A stretch of 64,000 nucleotides of DNA from contig MEIE01000003.1 in NCBI GenBank assembly GCA_001750625.1, positions 4,852 to 68,851 of the forward strand, in the 5' to 3' direction. The position numbers and the translations under genes were made by a program. Below, piece by piece: positions 39,011-48,310 of this stretch. The DNA is from Candidatus Amphirhobacter heronislandensis (GTDB lineage: Bacteria > Pseudomonadota > Gammaproteobacteria > Tethybacterales > Tethybacteraceae). Every line of letters begins with the position of its first letter. The stretch's first letter is position 1. The notes under the pieces are model-generated. The model was not told the origin of the DNA. It did not search any database and was given only the letters and a program-made list of their open reading frames with translations.

Positions 39011-40061
39011 GGTCGCCGGCGGCGGTGACGGTGGACGCGGCGGCCTGCGCCGCCAACTGCCGCGTCTTGAAAAAGCATGCCGGCGGCCGCGGCCTGTTCG
39101 CGGTGGTCAAGGCCGACGGCTACGGGCATGGCATGGCGGCGGTCGCGGCGGCGGTCGCGCCCGCGGTGGACGGCCTGTGCGTCTTCGAGCTGCCCGACGG
39201 CGCCGAGCTGCGGCGGCAGGGCTGGGACGGGCCGGTGCTGGTGCTCGGCGGCTGCGGCGCGGACGAGGAGCTGCGCCTCGCCAAGAAGCACGGCCTGTGG
39301 CTCGCGATTGGCGGCGAGGACCAGCTCGCGCGGCTGCTCGAGTTCAATGCGGGCCTGCCGCGGATCTTCGTCAAGGTCCAGACCGGCATGCACCGGCTCG
39401 GCTTTGCGCCGGCCGCGGTCGACGGCGTCCTCGCGCGGCTGCAGCGCGCCGGCGCCAAGGAGCTCGCGCTGATGCATCATTACGCCAACGGCGAGCAGCC
39501 CGACGGCGTCGCCGCCCCCGACGCGGCCATGGCCGAGCTGCGCGGCCGGGCGCGACCCTTTTGCAGCCGGCGCAGGACGAGGAGTTCGTCCGCTGCGGCA
39601 TCGCGGTCTACGGCGGGACGCCGGGCGACTGGCGGACGCAGCCGGCGGCGGGCTTCGGCCTGCGGCCGGCGATGGCGCTGCGCAGCCGGGTGCTCGCGGT
39701 CCAGGAGGTCGCGGCCGGCGCCTCGGTCGGCTACGGCTCGACCTGGACGGCGGCCAGGGACACGCGGGTCGCGGTGGTCGCCTGCGGCTACGCCGACGGC
39801 TACCCGCGCGCGGCCGCCGCGGGGACGCCGGTGCGCATAGCCGACGCCTCCTACCCGCTGGCCGGCCGGGTGTCGATGGAGATGCTGACGGCCGAGATCG
39901 GGGACGCGGAGGTCAGGCCCGGCGACGAGGCCGAGCTGTGGGGGCCGCGGGTCGCGGCCGACGAGGTCGCCCAGCGCGCCGGGACGATCAGCTACGAGCT
40001 GTTCGCCGGCCTGAGCCACAAACAGGCGCGCCGCATCGCCGCCGGCGACCTGGCGGGTTAA
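39007..40061 (+). pseudogene. alr: Alanine racemase, frame-disrupted
   Basis: The GTG at 39007 overlaps the ribD stop. The N-terminal part, including the PLP site AVVKADGYGHG, is in frame 1. The C-terminal part (VRCGIAVYGGTP...VGYG...GYADGYPR...GRVSMEM) is in frame 0. The switch lies at about 39540-39565. The span is 1055 nt, which is not a multiple of 3. Confidence 0.75.
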
Positions 40062-40093
40062 AATAAGGCAGTTCGCATCTATTAGCCCGCTCG

Positions 40094-40930
40094 ATGCCCC
40101 TGCCGCTTTCTGTTCGCCTGCGCGCCTTGTCCGCCGCGGCCGCCGCGCTGCTGCTGGCGGGCTGCGCCGTCCCCGAGGAGACCATCGCGATCATCGACGG
40201 CTACGATCCCGAAGAGACGGTCATCGAGGATCCCTTCGAGAGCCAGAACCGCAGCATCTACGCGCTGAACGACTACGCCGACCGCCAGCTCTTCAAGCCG
40301 GTCGCGCGCGCCTACCGCCGGGCGGCGCCGGCGCCGGCGCGCAGCTGCATCGCCGGCATCTTCGACAACCTCAAAGAGCCGATCCGGACCGTCGCGCACC
40401 TCATCAGCCTCGACGAGGAAGGGGCGGCGAGCTCGTCCTCGCGCTTTTTGTTCAACACCATCGGCGGCGGGCTGGGCTGCGTCGACGTCGCGGGCAAGGC
40501 GATGGGCATCGAGGAAGAAGAAAGCGACCTCGGCCTCGCGGTGCGCTCGTGGACCGAGAACGACGAGTCGCTGTATTTGATGCTGCCGCTGTTCGGGCCG
40601 ACGACGCTGATCGACGGCAGCATGGACTACGCCGCGACCACCCATCTCGACGCGGTGCAGATCGCGCGCTCGCGCCGCGGCGCGCCGAAGGAGGACCGCT
40701 CGTGGCTGCGGCGCAATCCCTACGACGTCCCCGACAAGTCCAAGCGCCAGGCGGTCTACGCGCTGCGCGCGGTCGACGCCCGCGAAGGGCTGCTCGACGC
40801 CACCGACGTTTTCGACGAGATCGCGTACGACCGCTATCTGCTCCTGCGGGACGTGTACCTCGACCAGCGCGAGCGCGACGCCCGCGCGATCACGGAGCGG
40901 CGCAAGGAGAAGCTGGACTGGCTTTTCTGA
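40094..40930 (+). CDS. mlaA: Outer-membrane lipoprotein MlaA (VacJ)
   Basis: Lipobox LLLAGC, then the DPFESQNRSIYALND motif typical of MlaA/VacJ. Confidence 0.85.
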   Translation: MPLPLSVRLRALSAAAAALLLAGCAVPEETIAIIDGYDPEETVIEDPFESQNRSIYALNDYADRQLFKPVARAYRRAAPAPARSCIAGIFDNLKEPIRTVAHLISLDEEGAASSSSRFLFNTIGGGLGCVDVAGKAMGIEEEESDLGLAVRSWTENDESLYLMLPLFGPTTLIDGSMDYAATTHLDAVQIARSRRGAPKEDRSWLRRNPYDVPDKSKRQAVYALRAVDAREGLLDATDVFDEIAYDRYLLLRDVYLDQRERDARAITERRKEKLDWLF

Positions 40931-40936
40931 CGAAGC

Positions 40937-41013
<77 letters not shown>

Positions 41014-41036
41014 GGCGTCGCGGCGGAACGCAGTCG

Positions 41037-41111
41037 GCGCCCGTAGCTCAATGGATAGAGCGGCGGCCTTCTAAGCCGTTGATACAGGTTCGAATCCTGT
41101 CGGGCGCGCCA
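41037..41111 (+). tRNA. tRNA-Arg (anticodon TCT)
   Basis: GCGCCCGTAGCTCAATGGATAGAGC...CTTCTAA...GGTTCGAATCCTGTCGGGCGCGCCA. Confidence 0.9.
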
Positions 41112-41141
41112 TGGCGGGCGCGGCGGCTTAGAATCTTCGGC

Positions 41142-42764
41142 ATGAAGACGCTGCTGCTGGCGGGCCTGGCCCTGGGGCTGGGCGCGGCCGCGGCCGCGCA
41201 GGACGCCGCGGCCCCGGCGGACGAAGCCGAGGCCGTCCTCAAGAACTGCCACTGGAAGGAGTGCTTCGGCGTCAACTGGCGCAAGCCCAAGCTCTCCGAC
41301 CTGCGCCGCCTCGATCCGGACGCGCTGAGCGTCGAAGGGCGGACGCCGCTGCACTACGCGATCCTCAACTGCGCGCCGGGCGTCGCGGTCGAGACCCTCG
41401 GCGAGCGCGGCGCGGACTTCAACCTGCGCGACCCGGTCACCGGCCTGACGCCGCTGCAGACCGCGCTGACGCTGTGCGGCAAGGCGGCGGTCGACCAGGT
41501 GCTCGAGTTCGGCGGCGACGTCAACGTGGCCGAGGACAAGGTCGGCGGCAACACGCTGCACTACGCGATGGCCCGCAACCTGCCGGACTCGGTGCTCAAG
41601 GAGCTGATCGACTGGGGCGCGAATCCCGACGAGCGCAGCAAGGACGGCACGCTGCCGCTGATCTACTACCTGGCGCTCGAGGACATGGAGATGTTCAACT
41701 ACCTGGTGGACGCGGGCGCCAATCCGAACGTCTTCGACGCCGCCGGCGTCGGCCCGGTGCACATCGCCGCCAAGCGCGACGACCTCGAGATGCTGCGGCG
41801 GCTGCGCGACGCCGGCGCCTACCTGGGCGCGCCGACCAACCAGGGCAAGACGCCGCTGCACATCCTCGCCGCCGCCGGCGCGCTGAGCGCCGACCACATC
41901 GCGCTGTTCCGCCTCGCGGCGGGCATCGACGCGAGCCACCGCGACGAGGACGGCCTCGCGCCGCTGCACTACGCCGCCGCGCACGCGAGCGCCGAAGGGG
42001 TGCTCGGCATGCTGCTGCTGGGGGTTTCGCCGAACCTGCAGGACGAGCGGGGCAACACGCCGCTGCACTACGCGCTGCGCTACAACGCCGACCCGATGGT
42101 CGCGCGCGAGCTGCTGAAGGTCAAGTCCGACCCGAACTTCCCCGACGCGCTCGGCGACAAGCCGCTGGAGATCGCGATCCTGCGCGAGGAGGGCTCCTGG
42201 GAGCTGGTCGGCCACCTGCTCGACTACGGCGCCACGCCGAACCTGGTCGACGAGGACGGCCGGACGCTGCTGCACCAGGCGATCCTGGCGGGCAACTCGG
42301 AGATCGGCCGCAAGCTGCTCGACGACGGCGCCAACCCGCGCATCAAGGACGCGGCCGGCTACGACGCCTTCGCGCTGGTCGAGCGGGTCAATCTGGGCGG
42401 GCCGCTGCGCCAGGCCCTGAACGAGATCATCGCGGCCGAGGAGCGGGCGCGCGAAGCCGAGCGCGAGCGCCGCGCCGCCGAGCGGGAGCGGATCATCGCC
42501 GAGAACGAGCGCCGCGAGGCCGAGCGCCTGCGCCGCATCGAAGAGAACGAGCGGGCGGCCAACCAGATTTCCAGCGTCCGCAACGGCGAGCTGCGCATCG
42601 GCCGCATCGACAAGCGCCTCGCGCACCTCGGCAAGGCGCTCGAAGGCTACCGCAAGGCCCGCAACGAGCGCAAGGCCCGCGAATACGAAATAGAGATCGC
42701 CAACCTCGAGTCCGAGCGGGCCTACATCGCCGAGCAGATCGCCAAGCTGGGCGGGTCCCAGTAG
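41142..42764 (+). CDS. Secreted ankyrin-repeat protein with C-terminal charged coiled coil
   Basis: Signal peptide MKTLLLAGLALGLGAAAAAQ. About 10 ANK repeats follow (recurrent G.TPLHYA...G....LL..GA.PN). The C-terminal tail is Glu/Arg-rich (EERAREAERERRAAERERIIAENERREAERLRRIEENE). The track ORF start at 40986 reads through two tRNA genes and I reject it. Confidence 0.8.
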   Translation: MKTLLLAGLALGLGAAAAAQDAAAPADEAEAVLKNCHWKECFGVNWRKPKLSDLRRLDPDALSVEGRTPLHYAILNCAPGVAVETLGERGADFNLRDPVTGLTPLQTALTLCGKAAVDQVLEFGGDVNVAEDKVGGNTLHYAMARNLPDSVLKELIDWGANPDERSKDGTLPLIYYLALEDMEMFNYLVDAGANPNVFDAAGVGPVHIAAKRDDLEMLRRLRDAGAYLGAPTNQGKTPLHILAAAGALSADHIALFRLAAGIDASHRDEDGLAPLHYAAAHASAEGVLGMLLLGVSPNLQDERGNTPLHYALRYNADPMVARELLKVKSDPNFPDALGDKPLEIAILREEGSWELVGHLLDYGATPNLVDEDGRTLLHQAILAGNSEIGRKLLDDGANPRIKDAAGYDAFALVERVNLGGPLRQALNEIIAAEERAREAERERRAAERERIIAENERREAERLRRIEENERAANQISSVRNGELRIGRIDKRLAHLGKALEGYRKARNERKAREYEIEIANLESERAYIAEQIAKLGGSQ

Positions 42765-42784
42765 CCCCCGCCGGGCTTATAGTC

Positions 42785-42790
42785 TATAAT
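42785..42790 (+). promoter_or_regulatory. TATAAT -10 box for tRNA-His
   Basis: TATAAT lies 12 nt upstream of the tRNA-His 5' end. The hairpin AGCCC-CCGCC-GGGCT (42763-42777) sits directly before it. Confidence 0.4.
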
Positions 42791-42802
42791 AGCCGATTCC
42801 GT

Positions 42803-42878
42803 GGTGGCTGTAGCTCAATGGTAGAGTCCTTGGTTGTGGTCCAAGTTGTTGTGGGTTCGAATCCCATCAGCCACCCCA
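42803..42878 (+). tRNA. tRNA-His (anticodon GTG)
   Basis: G(-1)-GTGGCTGTAGCTCAATGGTAGAGT...CTTGG-TTGTGGT-CCAAG...GGGTTCGAATCCCATCAGCCACCCCA. The extra 5' G is typical of tRNA-His. Confidence 0.9.
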
Positions 42879-42890
42879 GCCGCGGGGCCG

Positions 42891-44702
42891 ATGGCCGCTG
42901 AGCAGGCGCGGACCAAGCCGCCCAGCGCCCAAAGCGAGCTTGTGTACCTGGAGGCCGGCCGCCTGACGGCGGCGAAGGTCCTGGCCCTCGGGCCGAAGAA
43001 CTGCCAGATCGAGGAGGCCGGCGGCGGCAGCCGCCGGATCGCGACGCGCAAGGTCATGGCCTACGCGGGGCCGGGCGAGGCCGCAGGGCTCGCGGCGGCG
43101 GCGGCGCGGCTTTCCGGCGAGCTCAGCGTCGAGGAACTGTGGCGGGCGGCGGCCGGCGCCGAGCTCGGCGTCGAGGAGCTGGCCAAGCTGCTGCCGGCGG
43201 GCGCGCCGCCGCCGGTGCAGAGCGCGGCGCTGCAGCTCGCGCTGCTGCGCCAGGGCGGCTTCTTCGAGCCGGCGGGCGAGAACTGGAAGCCGGTGGCGCC
43301 GGAGCGCTTCGAGCAGGTGCGGCGCTCGCACGCCAGGCGGATCGAACGGCAGCGGCGCGAGGAGCGCTACCATGCGGAACTGGCGGCCGGCCGGCTGCCG
43401 GCGGAGCTCGCCGAGGCGCTGCGGGGGCATTTCGCCGGCCGCGAGGAGCCCAACGACCCGGACGTGCGCTTCGTGTCGTCGTGGACCGCGAAGAACGGCA
43501 GCTCCTGGGCCGAGCTCGCCCACCGGCACGGCATCATCGCCGACTACGTCGAAAGCCACATGCTCGAGGTGCGGCGGCGGCAGCCGCCGGCGACCGCCGA
43601 GGACGAGGAGCCGCCGGCGCCGCCGGACCTGGCCGACGCGCCCTTGATTGCCAACGGCATCGCGATCGACGCGGGCGGGACCGTCGAGGTGGACGACGCC
43701 TTCGCCTGGGACCCCGCCGCCCGGCGGTTTTACGTCTGCATCGCCGCGCCGGCGCTGGGGCTGGGCGCGGCGGCGCGGCGGCAGGCCGCCGAGCGGATGC
43801 TGACGCTGTACCTGCCCGGCGAAAAGCACACCATGCTGCCGCGGCGCGCGATCGAGGCGTATTCGCTGGACGCCGGCGCCGCGCGGCCCTGCGTGGCGCT
43901 GGCGATCGACGTCGACGACAAGGGCGCGGTGCGCGGCCGGGAGTTCATGCTGGCGCGGATCAAGGTCGCGGCCAACCTGCCCCTGGAGGACTGCGCGGCG
44001 CCGGACGCTGCGGCCCTGCCGGTGGCCGCCGAGCTGAAAGAGCCGCTGGCCGCCTTGCTGCGGCTGGCCGAGCAGGTGGCGAACTTCCCGCGCCGGCAGC
44101 GGCAGCGCGGGCATCTGGTGATGCGCGCCGGCGGCCGGACGCGGATCTGCCCGCGCGCGGACTTGGCGCTGCTGGACGACCTGGTCGCGGATCTGATGAT
44201 CTACTACAACACCGCGGCGGCGTCCTACCTGAACGAGCGCGGCCATCCCTTCATCTGCCGGCGCGAAGGCCGCTCGGCGCTCGGCGGCGGCCGCGCCGGC
44301 GGCAAGAAGGGCTTCGCCTACGGCTGGTTCAGCTCGCCGCTGCGGCGGCTGGTCGACCTGTGGAACCAAGAGCAGCTGCTCGCGGCGCTCAAAGGCGAGC
44401 GGCCGCCGCGCGGCCCCAAGGAGCTGCGCGGCCTCATCAGCGAGTTCGAGCGGCGCTTCCAGTGGACGCAGCGGCAGCAGCAGAAGCTCGAGAAGTACTG
44501 GACGATCAGATGGCTGCAGGAGCAGGCCGAGCGCAGCTGGGCCGCGGTCCCGCTGCCCGACGAGCCTTCGCGGGTCCTGCTCGAGGAGATCGGCCTGCAC
44601 GCCGAGCTCGCCGGCGCGGCGCCGGCGGCGGACGAGAAGCTGCAGGTGGTGCCGACCGCCTGCGACCCGGTCGGCCTGCGGGTCGAGGTGCGGCGGGCGT
44701 GA
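42891..44702 (+). CDS. RNB-domain exoribonuclease (RNase II family)
   Basis: 603-aa product from the ATG at 42891. RNB motifs are IDAGGTVEVDDAF, TLYLPGEKHTMLP and FSSPLRRLVDLWNQ. Confidence 0.75.
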   Translation: MAAEQARTKPPSAQSELVYLEAGRLTAAKVLALGPKNCQIEEAGGGSRRIATRKVMAYAGPGEAAGLAAAAARLSGELSVEELWRAAAGAELGVEELAKLLPAGAPPPVQSAALQLALLRQGGFFEPAGENWKPVAPERFEQVRRSHARRIERQRREERYHAELAAGRLPAELAEALRGHFAGREEPNDPDVRFVSSWTAKNGSSWAELAHRHGIIADYVESHMLEVRRRQPPATAEDEEPPAPPDLADAPLIANGIAIDAGGTVEVDDAFAWDPAARRFYVCIAAPALGLGAAARRQAAERMLTLYLPGEKHTMLPRRAIEAYSLDAGAARPCVALAIDVDDKGAVRGREFMLARIKVAANLPLEDCAAPDAAALPVAAELKEPLAALLRLAEQVANFPRRQRQRGHLVMRAGGRTRICPRADLALLDDLVADLMIYYNTAAASYLNERGHPFICRREGRSALGGGRAGGKKGFAYGWFSSPLRRLVDLWNQEQLLAALKGERPPRGPKELRGLISEFERRFQWTQRQQQKLEKYWTIRWLQEQAERSWAAVPLPDEPSRVLLEEIGLHAELAGAAPAADEKLQVVPTACDPVGLRVEVRRA

Positions 44703-45556
44703 GCGCGGCGCCGCAGCGCTTCGCGGTCGTCGGCCGGCCGGTGGCCCACAGCATGTCGCCGGCGATGCACGCGATGTTCGCGGCCGAGACCGGCTTTGCG
44801 ATCGAGTACGGCAAGATCGAGCCAGCGGCGGATGAGTCTTTCGAATCCTGCGCGAAGCGTTTTTTCGCGGCCGGCGGGACTGGCCTGAACGTGACGCTGC
44901 CGTACAAGGCCGAAGCGCTGGCCTTCGCGGACTCGGCGAGCCGGCTTGCGCGGCTCGCGGGCGCCGCGAACACGCTCAAGGCGGAGGAGGACGGCGGCGT
45001 GAGCGCCTGCAACACCGACGGCGCGGGCCTCGTCACCGACCTGCGGACGCGGCATGGCATCGAGCTCGCCGGCCTGCGGCTGCTGCTGCTAGGGGCCGGC
45101 GGCGCCAGCGCCGGCGTGCTGCCGTCACTGCTGCAGGCCAAGCCCAAGGCCATCACCATCGCCAACCGCACCGCGGCGAAGGCGGCCGAGCTCGCCGGCC
45201 GCTTCGCTGCGTTCGCGAAGGAGCACGGCGTCGAGCTGGCGTCCTGCGGCCTGGAGGAGACGGCGGCCGGCGGCTGGGACCTCGTGGTCAACGCGACCGC
45301 GGCCGGGCGCGGCGCGGCGGGGCTGGCGCTGCCGGCGGCGGCCTTCGGCGGGGCGCGGCTGGCCTACGACATGAGCTATCGAAGCGCGGATGATTCATTC
45401 TTGATGCAGGCGGCCGAAGCCGGGGTGGAGCGCCGCTGCGACGGCCTCGGCATGCTGGTCGAGCAGGGCGCGCTGTCGTTCGCGTACTGGCTCGGCGCGA
45501 TGCCAGCGACCGAACCGGCCTACGCCCGGCTGCGCGCGGAGATCGACGGTGAATAA
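44699..45556 (+). CDS. aroE: Shikimate dehydrogenase
   Basis: The GTG at 44699 overlaps the upstream stop. Motifs are VVGRPVAHSMSPAMH, NVTLPYK, NTDGAG and LGAGGA. Confidence 0.85.
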   Translation: MSAAPQRFAVVGRPVAHSMSPAMHAMFAAETGFAIEYGKIEPAADESFESCAKRFFAAGGTGLNVTLPYKAEALAFADSASRLARLAGAANTLKAEEDGGVSACNTDGAGLVTDLRTRHGIELAGLRLLLLGAGGASAGVLPSLLQAKPKAITIANRTAAKAAELAGRFAAFAKEHGVELASCGLEETAAGGWDLVVNATAAGRGAAGLALPAAAFGGARLAYDMSYRSADDSFLMQAAEAGVERRCDGLGMLVEQGALSFAYWLGAMPATEPAYARLRAEIDGE

Positions 45557-47006
45557 GCGCGCGGTCCTCAGCGTCGCGGACAAGGCCGGCCTCGCCGAGC
45601 TGGCGCAGGGCCTCGCGGAGCGCGGCTTCGAGCTGGTCGCCTCGGGCGGGACCGCGGCGGCGCTGGCCGAAGCCGGCGTCCCGGCCACGCCGGTCGAGGA
45701 GGTCGCCGGCCACGGCACGCTGCTCGGCGGCCGCATCAAGACCCTGCATCCGGCGCTGCTGGGCGGGGTGCTCGCCGACCGCGACGACCCGGCGCAGCTG
45801 CGCGACCTCGAGACGCTGGGCGCGCGTCCGGTCGAGCTCGTGGTCGTCAACTTCTATCCCTTCGCCGCCGGCGTGGCGGCGGGCAAGAGCGCCGAACAGC
45901 TCACCGAGCTGATCGACATCGGCGGGCCGACGCTGGTCCGCAGCGCGGCGAAGAACCACCGCCACGTCGCGGTCGTGGTCGACCCGGCCGACTACGGCGA
46001 GCTGCTGCGCGCGCTCGACGGCGGCGGCTTCACGGCCGAACTGCGCGCGCGGCTCGCGGCGAAGGCCTTCGCCTACACGTCCGAGTACGAAGCGGCGATC
46101 AGCGCGAGCTTCGGCGGCGGCGAGGAATTGCGCTACGGCGAAAACCCGCACCAGAAGGCCGAGGTCGTTGGGCTGGACAGGCTGTTCCGCCAGGTCCACG
46201 GCAAGCCGGTCTCGTACAACAACATCAACGACGCCCTCGGGGCCTGGCGCTGCGTGAACGAGTTCGATGAACCGGCGGCGGCGGTGATCAAGCACGCGAC
46301 GCCCTGCGGGGTGGGAGGAGGCGACGACGCGGCCGCGGCGATGGCGCGCGCGCAGCAGGCCGATCCGGTGGCGGCCTACGGTGGCGTCCTGGCGGTCAAC
46401 CGGCAGGTGGACGCAGGCAGGCTCGCTTCTTTTCTCAAGGGCAAGTTCTTCGAGGTCGTCGTCCTGCCCGAGGGCGAGTTCGCCGCCGCCGAACTCAAGG
46501 GCGGGACGCGGATCCTGCTGGGCAAGGAGCCGGACCGCGGCGCGCGCGACCGCGTCACCCGCAGCGGCGTGACGCTTGTCCAGGACGTCGACGCCCGCGC
46601 GGTGACGGCGGCTGAATTGACGGTCGCGGGCAAGGTTGCGCCGAACGAAGAACAGATTGCCGAGCTGCTGTTCGCCTGGCGCATCGCCAAGCACGCGCAG
46701 TCGAACGCGGTGGTCCTGAGCCGGGGGCGCCAGAGCATCGGCATCGGCGCCGGCCAGACCAGCCGGGTCGGCAGCGCCGAGCTCGCGGTGAAGCTCGCCA
46801 AGGAGCTGGGCCACGATCCGGCCGGCTCCTGCGCGGCCTCCGACGGCTTTTTCCCGTTCGCCGATGGCCTCGAGCGCCTGGCGACGGCCGGGGTCGCGGC
46901 GGTGATCCAGCCCGGCGGCTCCAAGCGCGACGCCGAGGTCATCGCCGCCGCCGACGCCGCGGGGGTGGCGCTGGTCCACGCCGGCGTCCGGCACTTCCGC
47001 CATTGA
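45549..47006 (+). CDS. purH: Bifunctional IMP cyclohydrolase / AICAR transformylase
   Basis: 485-aa ORF with LSVADKAGL, GGRIKTLHP, VVNFYPF, IDIGGPTLVRSAAKNH and a C-terminal GGSKRD...HFRH. Confidence 0.9.
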   Translation: MNKRAVLSVADKAGLAELAQGLAERGFELVASGGTAAALAEAGVPATPVEEVAGHGTLLGGRIKTLHPALLGGVLADRDDPAQLRDLETLGARPVELVVVNFYPFAAGVAAGKSAEQLTELIDIGGPTLVRSAAKNHRHVAVVVDPADYGELLRALDGGGFTAELRARLAAKAFAYTSEYEAAISASFGGGEELRYGENPHQKAEVVGLDRLFRQVHGKPVSYNNINDALGAWRCVNEFDEPAAAVIKHATPCGVGGGDDAAAAMARAQQADPVAAYGGVLAVNRQVDAGRLASFLKGKFFEVVVLPEGEFAAAELKGGTRILLGKEPDRGARDRVTRSGVTLVQDVDARAVTAAELTVAGKVAPNEEQIAELLFAWRIAKHAQSNAVVLSRGRQSIGIGAGQTSRVGSAELAVKLAKELGHDPAGSCAASDGFFPFADGLERLATAGVAAVIQPGGSKRDAEVIAAADAAGVALVHAGVRHFRH

Positions 47007-47016
47007 CGGCAGAGTT

Positions 47017-48257
47017 TTGAGAATCATGGTCGTCGGCCAGGGCGGCCGGGAGAACGCCCTGGCATGGAAGCTGGCGCGGGAAGAGCAGGTCGAGCGGGTC
47101 TGGGTGGCGCCGGGCAACGCGGGGACGGCAGCGGCCGGCGCGGCGCGGCTGGCGGCCAATGATATTGATTCCTGGCTCGCGCAGGCGCTGGAACAGGCGA
47201 TTGGCCTGACCGTCGTCGGTCCCGAGCAGCCGCTGGCGGACGGCATCGCGGACGTTTTCGAAGAAGCCGGGCTCGCGATCGTCGGTCCGACCGCCGCCGC
47301 CGCGCGGATCGAGAGCTCGAAGATCCACGCCAAGGAGCTGCTCGACGAGCTTGGGATTGCGACCCCGGCGTGGGTCGCGGTGCGGCAGGCCGCCGACGCC
47401 GAGGATTTTTTGGCGCGGCATGAGGCCTCGCCGGCGGCAAGGGCGCGGCGAAGGCGGCGGACCGCGCCGCGGCGCGCAAGCTGGTCGCGGCCTGGCTGGC
47501 CGGCAGGTTCGGTGATGCGTCGCGCCAGCTGGTGCTCGAGGAGTTCATCGCCGGGGAGGAGCGGACGCTGGTCGCGCTGTGCGACGGCGAGCATGCCCTG
47601 GCGCTGCCGCTGGCGCGGGACTACAAGAGCCTGCATGACGACGGCGCCGGCCCGAACACCGGCGGCATGGGCGCGGTCTGTCCCGCTCCGGTCGCCGGCG
47701 GGCCGGACGCGGAGCAGCTGTGCGCGGCTGCGATCGCCCCGGTCCTCGCGAAGCTGCAAGAGCGGGGGACGCCGTACTGCGGCTTCATGTACGCCGGGCT
47801 GATGATGAAGCCCGGCGGCGGCTGGGCGGTGCTGGAGTACAACTGCCGGCTGGGCGATCCCGAGGCGCAGGCGACGCTGCCGCTGCTCGATTCCTCGCTC
47901 GCCGAGCTGCTGCGGGCGGCGGCGGCCGGGACGCTGGCGGACATGCGGCCGCGCTGGCGGGACGCGGCGGCGGTGTGCGTGACGCTCGCGGCCGCGGGCT
48001 ATCCGGACGCGCCGCGGCTGGGCGACGAGTTCGCGCTCGCGCCGCCGCCGGCCGGCGACGGACTGCTGGTCTTCCACGCCGGGACCGCGCCGGCGCAAGG
48101 AAGAACGGACGGCTTTGCGGTCAGCGGCGGCCGCGTCCTGAACGTCGTCGGCGTCGCGGCGCAGCAGGCCGAAGCCCGCCAAAAAGCCTACCGGCACGCG
48201 GCCGCGATCGGGCTGCCGGGGGCGCAGATGCGCGGCGATATCGGCGCAGAGTCTTAA
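47017..48257 (+). pseudogene. purD: Phosphoribosylamine-glycine ligase, with an internal out-of-frame deletion
   Basis: The N-terminal part MRIMVVGQGGRENALAWKL...DFLARHEA is in frame 1. The continuation GLAGGKGAAKA...LEEFIAGEE...GPNTGGMGA...EYNCRLGDPE is in frame 0, which opens just after a stop at 47421-47423. About 9 conserved residues (the xPVVxKAD strand) are absent between the two parts. The span is 1241 nt, not a multiple of 3. Confidence 0.8.
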
Positions 48258-48310
48258 AATACGCGATTCCCCGCGCGGGACTAACGGCCCGGGCGGCGGA
48301 GCATTCGGAA

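Noticed and set aside
47018-47028. TGAGAAT next to the purD start as another leaderless-type -10 box
   Set aside because: It is only 1 nt from the internal ATG and overlaps the probable TTG start. purD begins 10 nt after purH and is most simply co-transcribed with it.
45288-48197. A 969-aa minus-strand ORF, together with many other very long alternative-frame or antisense ORFs (for example 227-1702 +, 5072-6622 -, 13942-15822 -, 25997-27823 -, 31245-33455 -, 40890-42626 -, 48281-50185 -, 61936-63858 -)
   Set aside because: All overlap genes with clear motif support in another frame. Their translations are low-complexity Arg/Ala/Pro/Gly strings, as expected from stop-codon depletion in ~70% GC DNA. 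None contains a recognisable motif.
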